Shown: positions 1 through 12,361, numbered from the whole stretch's first letter. The stretch: 63,870 nt of DNA, filler included, from Rhabdomonas costata (GCA_019059605.1; 33 parts of 33 records of this genome joined end to end with filler, not necessarily neighbours in it); one strand, 5' to 3'. Translations and numbers: made by a program. Notes: generated by a model not told the origin, from the letters alone.

Positions 1-194
1 GTGGTGGGTGTGTTTGGGGTTTGTTGGGGGACATTATTATAGTGGATGGGTGACCTCCTGCTCTGTCAGTTGGGAGTCAGTGTTCTTCAAAGTAAAGTTA
101 AAGAGGATGTTATACTTGTGTAGACTTCCGCCCTCCTCTCTGGCTGGAAATGGGTAAACGATGGATAAATATGGTTTCTCCTTTTTGGACACAG

Positions 195-1448
195 GTGTAT
201 GTCGGTCACCTCAACGGAGAAGCGGTGGTGGTGAAATGCTTCAGGTATACATTGCTGTCTTGTGCCAGAAATTCCGAAGAAAAAAGCCCCACGGTTCCAT
301 GGTTGTTCTCTGAACGCCGTCCCCACCATAGTTTACTCCCTCTCACGGCGTGAAGTGTTCCCAGGACCCCGGACAAGTTGTCAAGGGAGGTTTGTCGGGA
401 TTTTTTGAATCACAAGAGGTGGCGGTTCCAATAAATCCCAGTTTGGCAAGAGCCCTCTTGTGCTTTTGCGCTCGTGTCGACCCTCCTCCGCATATCCAAC
501 CATCCTCAGGGCCAATCCCCAGGAAACAGGGGTGGCTCGAACACAATGAAATGAAACTCTCTTCATCTCTCTCTTTCTCTTGTGCTTTGTGGGGGGGGGA
601 GCATGGCTCCTTTGGTTTCTTTCCTTTGGTTTCCTCGGCTGTGCTCTTTGCTATTGTAAACTGACTTTTGCTCGGTGCCTGCTGAACACTGGTATTACTG
701 GCGGGCGTTTTTCCGGTTGCTTATCTATCTTCGACTGCCTTCTCTTTGCTGCAGCCTAAACGCAGAAGTTCGCCGTCACGTGCAGGCCCAGCTGCCGCTG
801 CTGCACGGCCTGTGCCCCAACGTCATCCCCACGCTGGGACTGAGCTCGGACGGGCCCCGGCTATGCCTGGTCTACCCCATGCTGGACTGTTCCCTGCACG
901 CCCGCCTGCACGAGCAGGACAGCTCCGGCGTGGGCTGGCCCCACCGGTGTGTGTGTGGGTGGGGGGAAGTGAGCTGGGTACATGGGTTCAGTTTTCCTGT
1001 AACTCTGGATTTTTCGGTCCCAGGTGCCTTTGAAGCGGGAAACTTTTGAAATCCCACGGGAAGCTGAAAGACCTACGGAACAACAATGCCTCGTGCGGTG
1101 TCTGTGAACCGTCCAATGTCTTCGAAGGTTGCCTCGAACCAGAGTGTGTACCCCTGGCAGAGCAATGGGATGCCACTAACGGACGCAGTCGTTTTGTATG
1201 GTGTTCCTTCCGTCAGTTGTGTGTGTGTCCCGGTTTAGCAGATGCGTTGTAGTGGACGTATGGCGGAAGCAGCTTCCAGTTTTTTATTGTTTGTTTTACT
1301 ACTGCAGGCTGAACTGGGCGCGGGATATCACCCGGGGCTTGGCTCACCTCGACACTGTGCTGCACTGCATCCACGGCGATCTGAAGAGCAAAAACGTACT
1401 GCTGGACTTTCGCCGGCACCCCGAGTGCGGTGGAACGGCTGTGCTCTG
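195..1448 (+). CDS. Protein kinase, IRAK/Pelle/RLK-like TKL group, partial (3 exons)
   Basis: GT-AG exons 195-244, 755-946 and 1308-1448 join in phase: VYVGHLNGEAVVVKCF...PNVIPTLGLSSDGPRLCLVYPMLDCSLHARLH...WPHRLNWARDITRGLAHLDTVLHCIHGDLKSKNVLLD (subdomains I-VIb). Confidence 0.85.
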
Positions 1449-1839
1449 GTTTCTCTCCCTGCCTGCCACACACACATGCCATTTTCATATTTTATATTAG
1501 CCCTTCTCGATTATTCGTGGTACAGCTGTTCCCCTTCTCCCGTGGTCAGCTGTTTTTTGGAGTAACCCCGATAAAAGGCTGGCAGGAGGCTAAATGAGAT
1601 GCAGTTGTCCTCTGGGATTCCCTTGGAAGGGTCACAGACAGTTAGAAGGCGATGCACTTGCCCCCTGGGATTCGAATAGAAGCTTTTCTGGAGGCTCTGC
1701 ACACCTCTGCAGGCGTTTTTCCAGGTTGTTTTGGGCTGCTCCTCTGCGCTTCGCCCAAGATCGTATCTTTGTTTCGCCTTTTTCGTTTGTTCTCCTATTC
1801 TCACGATTGATGGCGGAGGAAGTTGCTCGAAAGTGCTGC

Positions 1840-1939
1840 NNNNNNNNNNNNNNNNNNNNNNNNNNNNNNNNNNNNNNNNNNNNTTAATTAATTAANNNNN
1901 NNNNNNNNNNNNNNNNNNNNNNNNNNNNNNNNNNNNNNN
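1840..1939. other. Artificial contig spacer N44-TTAATTAATTAA-N44 (first of 32)
   Basis: Identical 100-nt spacers start at 1840, 3780, 5720, 7660, 9599, 11538, 13479, 15418, 17356, 19295, 21233, 23172, 25110, 27045, 28984, 30922, 32856, 34794, 36732, 38670, 40609, 42546, 44484, 46421, 48358, 50294, 52231, 54168, 56105, 58048, 59986 and 61921. The 12-mer puts stop codons in all six frames. Confidence 0.98.
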
Positions 1940-2140
1940 GGGGTTTGGGGCGAGGCAGAGGAGGCCGTTACCGATGTGGACCATGCTGTCACACTGTTGA
2001 AGCAAGCGCTGGAGGGGGTACACTCTTTCTTTTTCTGTTTGCGTGAACCTCCCCGGCTGGGGCTGGGGCTTTAGACGGCAAACAAATCAGTGGAATTTTC
2101 CCATGCCGGGTTGCATTGAACTTTGAATTGGTTTGATTTG

Positions 2141-2203
2141 AACTATGATCTGCCCTACATTGACTATGATCTGCCCTACATTGACATTGACATTGACATT
2201 GAC
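2141..2203 (+). repeat. Compound tandem repeat: 21-nt unit x2 followed by (GACATT)n
   Basis: ACTATGATCTGCCCTACATTG occurs twice, followed by GACATT hexamers. Confidence 0.85.
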
Positions 2204-4003
2204 CTTGGAGCTGTTGACACTGAATTGAATTTAACTTTGAGCACCACCACAATGACCTTTGAGGTCGGTGTTACCTTATTCCATATCTCTTGTGGCGGAG
2301 TGTTGTTGGCAGCCTTCTTGGTATGAACTTAGAGTCATCACGCTGGTGGAGCTTTTGATATGGAGTCGTGCTGACGATCAGGCATGGTTCTAAAGTTTAA
2401 TTTTTCAGCTTTCACAATTCGGTTCTTGTCACGGTACTACACCCCCCCCCCCTCTGGGGCGAGTTGGTGATGCACCCTTTCCAGGGATTCTGTTTATGTG
2501 AAAGCAGGGGGTCAGCAGGCGATGCCCCATAGCTCACCGTTGCCCCTAACAGCCTTAAACCTAAGGTGGTTGTCACGAGGTGGGGCGCTCTTATCACTGG
2601 GCGTCGATACCTGACTTGCATCGGCCTCTCACACACCCTGGGATCAAGCTGGAAAGATCAAAGGGCTAATGTGTGCCGAGATGACCCCGCCGTCAGAAAT
2701 AGCTGTGCCGTTGTTGAGGAAAGAAAACACCTGTCTCTGGGGAGAAGCAAAGGTCCCACACGGCGTTGCCCTTGGCAGGCTTGCTTCGCCCCACCGCAGA
2801 GCATGTCTGCATTTAGGAAAGATAGAAAAGAGCGAGAATGCGCCTCCAACACTTGATTTTGGTGTGATATGGGTTGTCTTGGAAAAAAACATCGAACCTT
2901 TCCGTGCGCACGACGCTCGATGAGAGCAGTGAGTGGCTTTCATAATTTTGGTTTCCTTCAGAGGGGGCTACAAAAGCAATGGACCCCAAAAATGCAGGGT
3001 TATAATTAAATAAATAGCAATATTAGTTTCGATTTTGATCGACAGAGACCCGAAAGTTATTCGATCCCATTACTGAAATATTATTATAACGTAGAAATTT
3101 CGGATCAGGATTGATTTCGGATTTCGGAGATATCCGAATTGATCCGAAATTAAGTGATCCGAAATCGTTTTCAAGAGGCCAAAGGGATGGGGTAGCCATC
3201 ACCAGGCCTGACGTCAATGACGCCAGGTGGCGCAGGGTGTCTTGGCCTTGGTCTGCCCCCCCCCCTGCTGATAGTGAGGTCAAAAAGACGATAGTGTTTT
3301 TGCTATCACCTTTTAAAAGACAATAGTACACAGAAAGAGATGATAACGTTCACCATCAACATTTACTGCACATCGTTTCCCCGTCACTGTCAACTTTTGG
3401 ATTCTTGATGAGGAATTTTCAACCCAGCAAGTTTTGATTTCTCGACAATTACAACTCGCATCGGGTACACATTTTTGCCAGCATTAATTAGAATATCATT
3501 GCAGGGGATTGCCATGGGAGGCAGGGGAGGAGCTCGATATTTTGAGATGGGGTTACTCTGGGCAGGATTTAGATAAACTCTACCAGGTCCCCTTGATGAC
3601 CATTGAAACAGGGTTAGGTGAACATTGCCACGCCCAAACTGATAGCCAGCCCGCGGAGTGCTGGAGTGCTGCAGAGCAGCCCAGGAGCCTCACACCAAAA
3701 CAAATGGGGAGAATTTGCGCGAACCTGCACCTCAGACACTGTCGAGGCCACGCGCAGGTCCCACAGCTGCCATCCCAAANNNNNNNNNNNNNNNNNNNNN
3801 NNNNNNNNNNNNNNNNNNNNNNNTTAATTAATTAANNNNNNNNNNNNNNNNNNNNNNNNNNNNNNNNNNNNNNNNNNNNTTTGTTGGTTTTTGGCGGACA
3901 ACTTTATTTCGGCTTTTGTTTTCCCGGAAGCTTCGACTGCTTTCTTGGCTGTTCTTTTTTGCATTTGTGCTCTCGGCCGCTCCGCCGCGCCAGAGGTCGA
4001 GCG

Positions 4004-5651
4004 ATGCGGACGTATCCACGGAGGAAGAAGAGCAGGGCGGTGACGCTTTCCAGTGAGTGCGAAGCCATGTGTCCGGGGACCTCTCCAAGCCGACAAAGGC
4101 CGAAGCCTGGTTCAGGTTTCTCTGAACCTGACGCACCAAACACAGCTCCACGATATTTCGTTACATATGCACGCACACACTCACCTCAGGTTCTGGCGGG
4201 TTTCTAGCGTTTCTAGTTTTTTGTTTCGCCCAGGTGCTCAAGCTGGTCAGGGCGGTCAATTCCGGATGTTCTTAATCTTTTCTATTTATATTTAAGACCC
4301 CGGGCCTGCTTCGGCTTCCCCCTCACTATTTTATCTTTGATTTGTCAGAATCAAAGTTCGGAAGAGTCATTTGTCACGCGTTCAAAGAAGTCACCCTCCC
4401 CCACTTTTCCACAAGTGTTTTCTTTTTTTTCTTTGAACCCCATAGCCTCCTCAGCTCCTTTGGAAAAGAGCCCCCAGACTTCGGTCTTGGCGTCTTTTGC
4501 TGGCCTTCCGGACTATTTGAGGCCTGGCCTGGGCGTGGTCTTCGTTGGGATTAACCCTGGCTTCCTGAGTGCGCACAGGGGCCACCATTACGCTGGCCCA
4601 GGCAACCACTTTTGGCCGTGCCTGAGCTCCTGCGGGCTAGTCCCTGAACCTCTTACCTACAAGGTGGAGTGAGTGGCTGTTCAGCGTAGGTTCGCCCTTT
4701 GTTTCGTTTTCTTGGGTTCAGTGTTTTGCCTAATGAGTGTTCCCGCAGTCCCAGTGAAGGGTGATGGTCACTCTTTTGAACTCTTTAACAATTTACGTGA
4801 TTTTCGGCTCTGTGGCTGTGATCCGGCAAAGAACACCCGGTTGTACTTCCTCAACCTGTGTTTTTTATTTTACACGCACTCGACGTTCCTTTTGTCTTGT
4901 TTTGAAGCGGAGCCTTCGATCCTTTGAGTTGGTCCTTTAAATTAGGATGACGTTCGGATCATGGACTTCAACATTGGGCTTACCAACATCGTGGCGCGAT
5001 GGAGTCCGGGTTCCGAGGATTTAACCGCAGCCGAACTTCGTGAAGGTGTCCTTCAGTTTATCTGTAAGCCTGACTGCCAGTCTTTATGCTGCGTAATATG
5101 GGCTGTGCTGTAGATTCTTCAGGTTTCTTCACCCTGTCGGAAATATTTATTCTAGGCAAGCAATACCATCTTTGTGAGACCCTTTCATTCACAAATTCGC
5201 GCATCTGAAATATGTGTAACTGGACGTGTTGTTGCATACGCCTTGATCCATTGGTCTTTATTCTGAGAGATATGTCTGATAGGTGTGACGCTTGCTCTTT
5301 TCAGGGGCCACCCAACTGAGGCAGAAGCTGGAGATGTTCCGTCCTCGCGTGGTTTGCTTCAACGGGAAGGGCATCTTTGAGGCCTTTCTAGGGCAGCGAA
5401 TACAGAAACTGGGACATCAGCCGGTCTCTCTTTGGCACCATTGCACGCCGTGCCCTTCCGCCCCCGCTTCGGGGCCTTCCAGGGTTAGCGTGCTTCTGGA
5501 AGGACGGCCCTGCCAGAGTCCTGCTTGTGAATCCACAGCCCTGTTTGTCATTCCGAGCACCTCAGGACGTGTCTCAGCCTATCAGAAGAAAGACAAGATG
5601 CAAATGTTTAAAAACCTTGCAGAGGTTGTAGCCCGCTCCTTGAATCACTGA
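4004..5651 (+). CDS. TDG: G/T mismatch-specific thymine/uracil DNA glycosylase (TDG/MUG family), apparently complete, 4 exons
   Basis: Exons 4004-4189, 4349-4663, 4946-5045 and 5305-5651 with GT-AG, phase-compatible junctions. Motifs: LPDYLRPGL..VFVGINPG..SA..GHHYAGPGNHFWPCL, GLTNIVAR, VCFNGKGIFE, LFVIPSTSGR. Confidence 0.93.
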
Positions 5652-5819
5652 TTGACATGTCCACTTCTTGTTTTTGTATTATTCCCGCTTGGAGCTTGAA
5701 TAATACAAAAACAACACAANNNNNNNNNNNNNNNNNNNNNNNNNNNNNNNNNNNNNNNNNNNNTTAATTAATTAANNNNNNNNNNNNNNNNNNNNNNNNN
5801 NNNNNNNNNNNNNNNNNNN

Positions 5820-7649
5820 CCAGCTCGGCCACAGCACTGGCGATGTTGCGGCAGTCCACAATTCCGCTGTGGTGCCTGCCCTCGAAGGTCAGCCCCAGTT
5901 CGTCCAGCAAAGTGGGCAAGTCCCAGGGGGGCTGCCTTCGTCCAGAAAACTTGGTGTAGATCTGCAAATATGAGAAGGGCGACAGCCAGCGCTCTCAGCT
6001 CTGCTAGGAGCGCATAGCAGCAGCGCATAGCAGATGGCTGGTTTGACTTCTGTGACAATTCCTTGGACATCTGTGTTTCTTTGCTTGATATGTATGAATG
6101 CTGATGGAAGGTGCGGGATGTGGTCGGTTTAGGTGCTGGACGGGTACTCTGTCAGGCGTACACACACCAAACGTTTGATGACCTCAGCGAATTCAGATGC
6201 AAAACGGCCAGGCGTGCGGGCGACGTTGATTCTCCAAACCCGCTGCTCTCTGTGCCCAAAAAACAAAATTCTACTCGTTTTCACGCGCCCGACACTAGAC
6301 GGCGACCTTCCCCCATCATTCCCCCGCACTTTGGTCTTGCTAGCTCAGACAAACCTGCTTGACATTTGCCCATCGCGCAAAGATCCGCGGTACCAACACC
6401 TTGGATATGGCGCACTGCTTGGGCAGCATCACCTTTAGGTCCCTAAGACATCATCACCACCACCACCAATGGAAACCAATTGCCAACAAGAAACACATAA
6501 AAAGATGCAAGCGACAGCGAAGGTGCCAAACAATTCTTAAACCAAGGAATTTACTCACGGAAGAGCAAAAGGGGTCAAAATAAAAACCCACGGGGTCCAG
6601 GGATCACGTTGCGCAATGAAGTAGTGCTATACGGTCCACATCATCATCACGGAGGTCTGCGTGCAACCACCCAGGCTGCGCGATTGGCAGCTTCTTGTTT
6701 TGTTAACCAACTTTTTGAGCTTTATCATCGTTGTTTTTGTCACCATACCCGACCTACTTGTCCCCATAGAGGCACGACGTGCGTGAAACAAAGCTGACGT
6801 TCATTTACTCGACAGAGCTGTCCCGCTCAATGCCAAGAAGAAAGACGAGTAATCGAATGAACCGGTGGGCGGGTTCGGGTAGTAGTCCGTGCGCGTGGGT
6901 GTCACACCAGTTCCCGCACGTCACGAGGAGCGCAGTGCGCCCACGTGTGCCGAGGCGATGCGTGGTCCACCACTGCAGAAACAGCGCTAGCACCTCTGGG
7001 AAAGGCTGGGCCCCATCCACCCACTCTTGCCGTATCCCTACGAGAAGTCGGTGTGCTCCGATGGAAATGGAAGGAATTTCTTTTCAAATTCCATCTTGAC
7101 CTCCATTTTCATTTTGCGTGCGACAGAATTTGTCTTCGACAGATGACTTGCATACAGATGCGAATTTTTCCGGCACCGGTTGAAGAACCCCCACCCATGC
7201 ACACCCACACACAAGGGCACTACCGTCCTTTGCAAAGTAATTTTTCCTGATGCTTTTGTTTCAAAAGTCCGCGCACATATGTGGTGGTGGTGGGCGATCG
7301 TCTGGCCGCATAGAAAGACCCACAGCACAGCACAGCACAGCACAGCACAGCAAAGCTTACCCGTGAGCTCCGTGCAGAATGGGGTCAGCGTGGGGTGCAC
7401 CACAGGCCTGACGTAGTGGTGGAACTCCGCCTCAACCTCCAGCGTGGCCGCGTTTAGCAGCACCACAGGGAACTCGATCACCTCCATGGGATGCAGTTTG
7501 GAGTTTTGCTCGCAGGTCGCCTCGAAGTCCAGCACGCAGAAATAGTCGAAATTCTGGGGCTGGATCACATAGCTGCTGCTCTCAGTCGGCGCGTCACTCT
7601 CCGCCTGCTGTGGCGCGGAAGGCCTGCCATTTGGGGTATCCTCCTCCAT
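5820..7649 (-). CDS. ERI1/ERI3-family DEDDh 3'-5' exoribonuclease, 3' truncated (4 exons)
   Basis: Exons 7649-7361, 7037-6908, 6442-6355 and 5961-5820. Motifs: YFCVLDFEATC, EVIEFPVV, FHHYVRP..HPTLTPFCTELTGI, VTCGNWDL, LGLTFEGRHHSGIVDCRNIA. Confidence 0.93.
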
Positions 7650-7816
7650 TCAACACAACNNNNNNNNNNNNNNNNNNNNNNNNNNNNNNNNNNNNNNNNN
7701 NNNTTAATTAATTAANNNNNNNNNNNNNNNNNNNNNNNNNNNNNNNNNNNNNNNNNNNNGTGGTGTTGGAGAGGTGCACCCATCATGGGGTGCAGCCGTG
7801 AGCCCCTCCCCCATAC

Positions 7817-9371
7817 CTGCTGAGGAAGGGGTTCGAACGGAGGTCCACCATGCTGATCTTCTTGTCGTTCTTCATCTGCCGGTCCGAAATGTGCTGGCGA
7901 ACCTGTGGGGCAGCCCCCCCCCGCGTCCACCAAGAAGTACTGTTTCTGCGGCCCTGCAAGAATCATACACACATAGAGATGGGTGTGAACGCTAAACACT
8001 CGTACGGAGGGTAAAGGCAACCCACCCCGACCAGGTCTTCCAGTGCTAGCGCGTGCCTCTCGTTGTGACCTTGGGGACATAAGCTGACTGAAATCGAAGT
8101 CTCGAGCAGTCGCGAAACTTAAGATGATGGCTAGGAAAGGTCTCTCTCTCAACGCAAACATACACACACATTCGGACACTTTCAGTTCACGCGCGGCGAA
8201 ACGAGAGCGTAAACCCCCAAAAGAAGACACTTGAAAACCCAAATGTCTTTCTTCTGCGGTGCCAAACACCGGTACAGCAAACCGAGAAATGAGCGAAAAC
8301 AGAGAACAGGAAGAAAATCAATGCCCAACCGCACGATGCGTGGAGGGACCAAAGATAACTGCACAAAGGTGTCACGCAAAGATCACGTGCAACACAACAC
8401 CATGGTGGGTAGGATGAGCCCGTTCTCGCCGTCCACGATGAACCCCTCCCGGTTTCGGAAGGGTAAAGTTTCGTCCCCCCCATTGGCCAAGTAAAGCGTG
8501 GTGGCCAGGATATATACCTGTATGAAACACGGCAACCGCTGCAGCACAAAAAATAGGATTACCATTCTCATCACGGTGATGGCCTCCGTGGGTCATTATG
8601 AACCCTTGAACATCGCTTTGCATCGTTATCGTCGTTATTTCAATTTCATTTCTTCTCAGGTTTGGGGTCATGCAAAGTTGGGCGAGCGGGGGGCGGAGGA
8701 CGGTGTAAGACGTCCACTGCCTGCCTAACACCCAATAAAAAGGAGCTCCTGTTACCGCGTCCATATCTCGTCATCGCCATTATTCCCTACGTCACCCGCA
8801 TCCTCATCCTCAAGCCATTGAAAAACCTTTTCATCGTCGACTTTGTGCCATTCCAGATTTGTTTGCAGAAAACGAGGCAGTCTCTGGGCTGGAGCTGCTC
8901 CTCAATGGGTGAGTTAGGTCCGACATGATCGCCAGCAGACGAATATCAAGAAAACCCCACCTCTGCTTCCCGTCCGAGTTCCCCCGGCTCATTGTCACAA
9001 AGCGATTTGGTTGCTAGGATTGTGGAGAGCTGTTAGCCAATCCTCACCCAAGCGCACCAACGCGGTCTGCCCGTGAGCTCACTCGTCGGCTAAACGCATT
9101 GGCTCCGGGGCACTTTAGCTTCCTCTAAATGCTCCATGAGTTAAGTGGAAACATCAGCGGGAAACCCTTTATGACAGGAGCGAAGTCAGAAGAAGTGGAA
9201 TGCTTGGAATGGATCTGCGCCATGGAGATGCCGGTAAGAGGGACAACGAGGGACATCCAGATGACCCAGGCCAACCTTATCCGGCCGAAGGGTCTTCCCG
9301 TTGATCCGCATGTCCGTGATCCGGCTGTACGGCGGCAGGCTGGGGTCCATTGCGAAACAAATTCCAGAAAC
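7817..9371 (-). CDS. 5'-nucleotidase C-terminal domain (bifunctional metallophosphatase family), partial
   Basis: Exons 9371-9276 (VSGICFAMDPSLPPYSRITDMRINGKTLRPDK), 8517-8401 (VYILATTLYLANGGD..F...IVDGENGLILPTM) and 7902-7817 (VRQHISDRQMK...). All are GT-AG and join in phase 0. Confidence 0.85.
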
Positions 9372-11888
9372 CTGCGCAAACCCCGCGTGAACCCAAACGA
9401 AATTCCACAACCACCGCCCCGTGGTCCCATAAACCCATTCACCTTGTGCAGAGCCTTCAAGTAGGATAGGCAAGGAAGGAGCCAGGCCAAGACGCGGGAG
9501 GTCCCTTGCAGTGGTGGGCATGACGTTCAAAATGGGCAACCGGGACGCAGCACGACTGAACTGAACTAAGATCCCTCTATCCCTCTATCCCAAAAACCNN
9601 NNNNNNNNNNNNNNNNNNNNNNNNNNNNNNNNNNNNNNNNNNTTAATTAATTAANNNNNNNNNNNNNNNNNNNNNNNNNNNNNNNNNNNNNNNNNNNNTT
9701 GTGGGGAGGGCAAAGCATGGGTGGCAACGGTGATTTCAATGCTGGGACCCCCGCTCAGCAACTCAATCAGCTCTGGGTATGTGGGGGGGGACAGGAGTGG
9801 ACAGCTGTATCAGTGTCCATGAAAGTGAAGATTGAACAACCAGCCCGGATTCTTCACTGTATTGCGGTTCTTTCGAACCAACCGATCGGTCACGTTGGCC
9901 AAGACAATTTCCTCCATACCCAGCACGATGATTTTTACCATGCCAAGAGCAGGCTTAAAGTGCCTTACATATCACACAACCCTTAAATAAATCATCCACG
10001 CTGCTTAAAGGCGTTCGATATGTTAAAACGCGCCCTGTGACCTATGATACAGCAAAACAGTGCTGAAAAGCCTGCAAAAAGCGTCTTAATTGTGAAAATG
10101 AAAGTCATCAGCATCCGCTGCAGCCACAGAGGAGAGTTGTTTTCCAAACTTTCAAACGACCCTTTGCCGTGTGCGGACGACGCGTGTGTGAATGGGACAG
10201 GGGGACAAGTGGGGTTGCTATCCTAAAAGGTGCCTCCCCTGCCTGGGTCCCTCGGGGTCTCGCCTTCGGACTTCCCTAACTTCGATGACCTCCGAGGAGG
10301 CCACCCCCAAGGCCGCTGCGGCGCCTGCTCCTGCGTGGAAAAAGCAGACCGACACGAAGCTGTAAATTGGCCTGGGAGAAGCCAGAGAGCCAGAGAGCCA
10401 GGCCAACACTTCTTTGCCCGACGTTTGCGCATGTCCAGAAGCCCGAAGGGATGCCGGGCCTTTACTCTCTTGCCCTACCCTACCCCCCTCCATTCTTTTT
10501 CGTGTATTTTGCGCTTTTTTTATACACCCGCTGACCCCCTGACCCTTCGCAGTCTCTGCTTGCTCCTATGGGAGTCGCCGGAGGTGCCTCCGCTGCATCG
10601 TTTGGGCTGGTGCCCGCTCTCGTCTTTTGTTTGTTTTGTGGCGACACCACGGTCCCCTTGCGTCCTACAGGTGTGCACGGTTTTTTTGCGCGCCTTGCGA
10701 CCTACCGGTGACAACTCAAACTCGCATACACACACACACACACAAATACACACACCCCGACTATGTTGGTCCGGATTACAGCTTCGGCTGGTGTGTTATA
10801 GCTGTGCCCATGCGTTCCCTCCATCACTCTTCGCCGTCATCTTCATCTTCACGTGCCCTATTTCGTATCTTTTTTTTCTCTTCTCGTAATGTCCTGAAAC
10901 AGCGCTCTGTCTTGTACTTCAAGGACGCCCCTCCCTGGTCTCTCTCTCTGCAATCTCTTTGACTCAAAGCTTCGGTTTTGGTTTCGGGAGTAATGGATGT
11001 GATAGTGCGGTGCAGTAACGGTCGCGGTGTTCTCGATCCTGAGAATTGACCAGTGATCCGGAGAAAACGAGCCGCTTCCGCCCACCTGTGTGGGTCAGTG
11101 CCGCTTTCCCTCTCATTTTTTCTCTCTGTGACTTTGCTTTCTCCCCTCCCCCCGTGCCTGTGCTTAGTTTTCCGGTTCAGCACGTTGCCTGGACCTCTCA
11201 CACACACCCCTTTTGTCTCGTAGTGCTCTTCACTTGCTGTGCTGGTCATCGCTGTGCCACTGACTGTGTGTTTGACCGAAGTTCGACCGAAATCAGGGAA
11301 AGGGATACAGTCTCGACTCTTAGCTATGCAAACATCTGTATCTGGGGTGCGGATCTTTGATTCTTTGATTATTTCTTTTCAGAAAGAATGCAATTGCTTG
11401 CCCTCCCTTCGAGCATCAGCTCAGCTACCACGAATTCTTTGTATTTGTTAAGCAGCAAAATCTCTTCCTTCCGTTCCATTTCCTTTCGTTATCACTGTGC
11501 TTTGGGGGGCCAACACCCCCCCCAAACACACCACACANNNNNNNNNNNNNNNNNNNNNNNNNNNNNNNNNNNNNNNNNNNNTTAATTAATTAANNNNNNN
11601 NNNNNNNNNNNNNNNNNNNNNNNNNNNNNNNNNNNNNGGTTGTGGTGTTTCACTCAAGATTTACGTAATTTATTTTAAGAAATGGTCAAGCCCACTGCCT
11701 GGATGCTCGCACGGACGTTCTCATAATCTTGTTGTGAGCTGCAGGGCACCGATTCACCGCACAAAAAGACAGGAATCTCCATCCAGGCAGTGGGCTTGAC
11801 CATTTCTTAAAATAAATTACGTAAATCTTGAGTGAAACACCAGAGTATCCAGAGCATGAATGGACGAACAATGGCAAAGTGCAGGCAG

Positions 11889-12361
11889 ACCTGGGGAGCT
11901 CTGCTTCAGCATCTCCAGGCACCGAGGGACGTCCCCCTCCACGACGACATTGTACAGAAGCTTGCGAAAGTGCCCCGCGGGATTCTGCACGCTGGGCTCG
12001 TAGGCCAGCTTGATCAGCTAAAGGTAAGCAGGGTGTATGGTTGTGATCTGGGAGCCCAATGCAAAGCCAGTGTGTGTGTGTGTGTGTGTGCGTGTGTGTG
12101 TGTGTGTGTGTGCGTGTGTTGACTGCATAGCGCGCTGAAGGTGGGGTGGAACGGTTGCTTGGGTCTTCTGGGGGTCCCTTGTCGTCCGCGCTCGTGTGCT
12201 GCAGAAGTGCGTGGCTCTCACACACCAGGGTGCTCACCTCCAGAGCCCTTTGCCACAGTGGTGCCACGGGGTGCCGGCTCGCCGCCACACAGTAACCTTC
12301 GTCGGATCTCTGGAGACTGCTGGTCCTTGGCCTGTTACCCAATATGCCGCGCTTGATGTAG
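11889..12361 (+). CDS. Two probable exons of an unidentified protein
   Basis: AG|TWGALLQHLQ...GQLDQLK|GTAAGC (about 11889-12022) and CAG|KCVALTHQG...YAALDV (about 12205-12361). GC-rich coding-like composition but no family recognised. Confidence 0.4.
12070..12118 (+). repeat. (TG)n microsatellite in intron
   Basis: Direct inspection. Similar TG/CA tracts occur at 10725-10756, 14775-14800, 43730-43752, 57254-57279, 63323-63342 and 63637-63674. Confidence 0.95.

Noticed and set aside
1884..1895. TTAATTAATTAA recurring about every 1.94 kb as a CRISPR-like or regulatory repeat
   Set aside because: It is always centred in N-runs of fixed length, so it is a concatenation linker.
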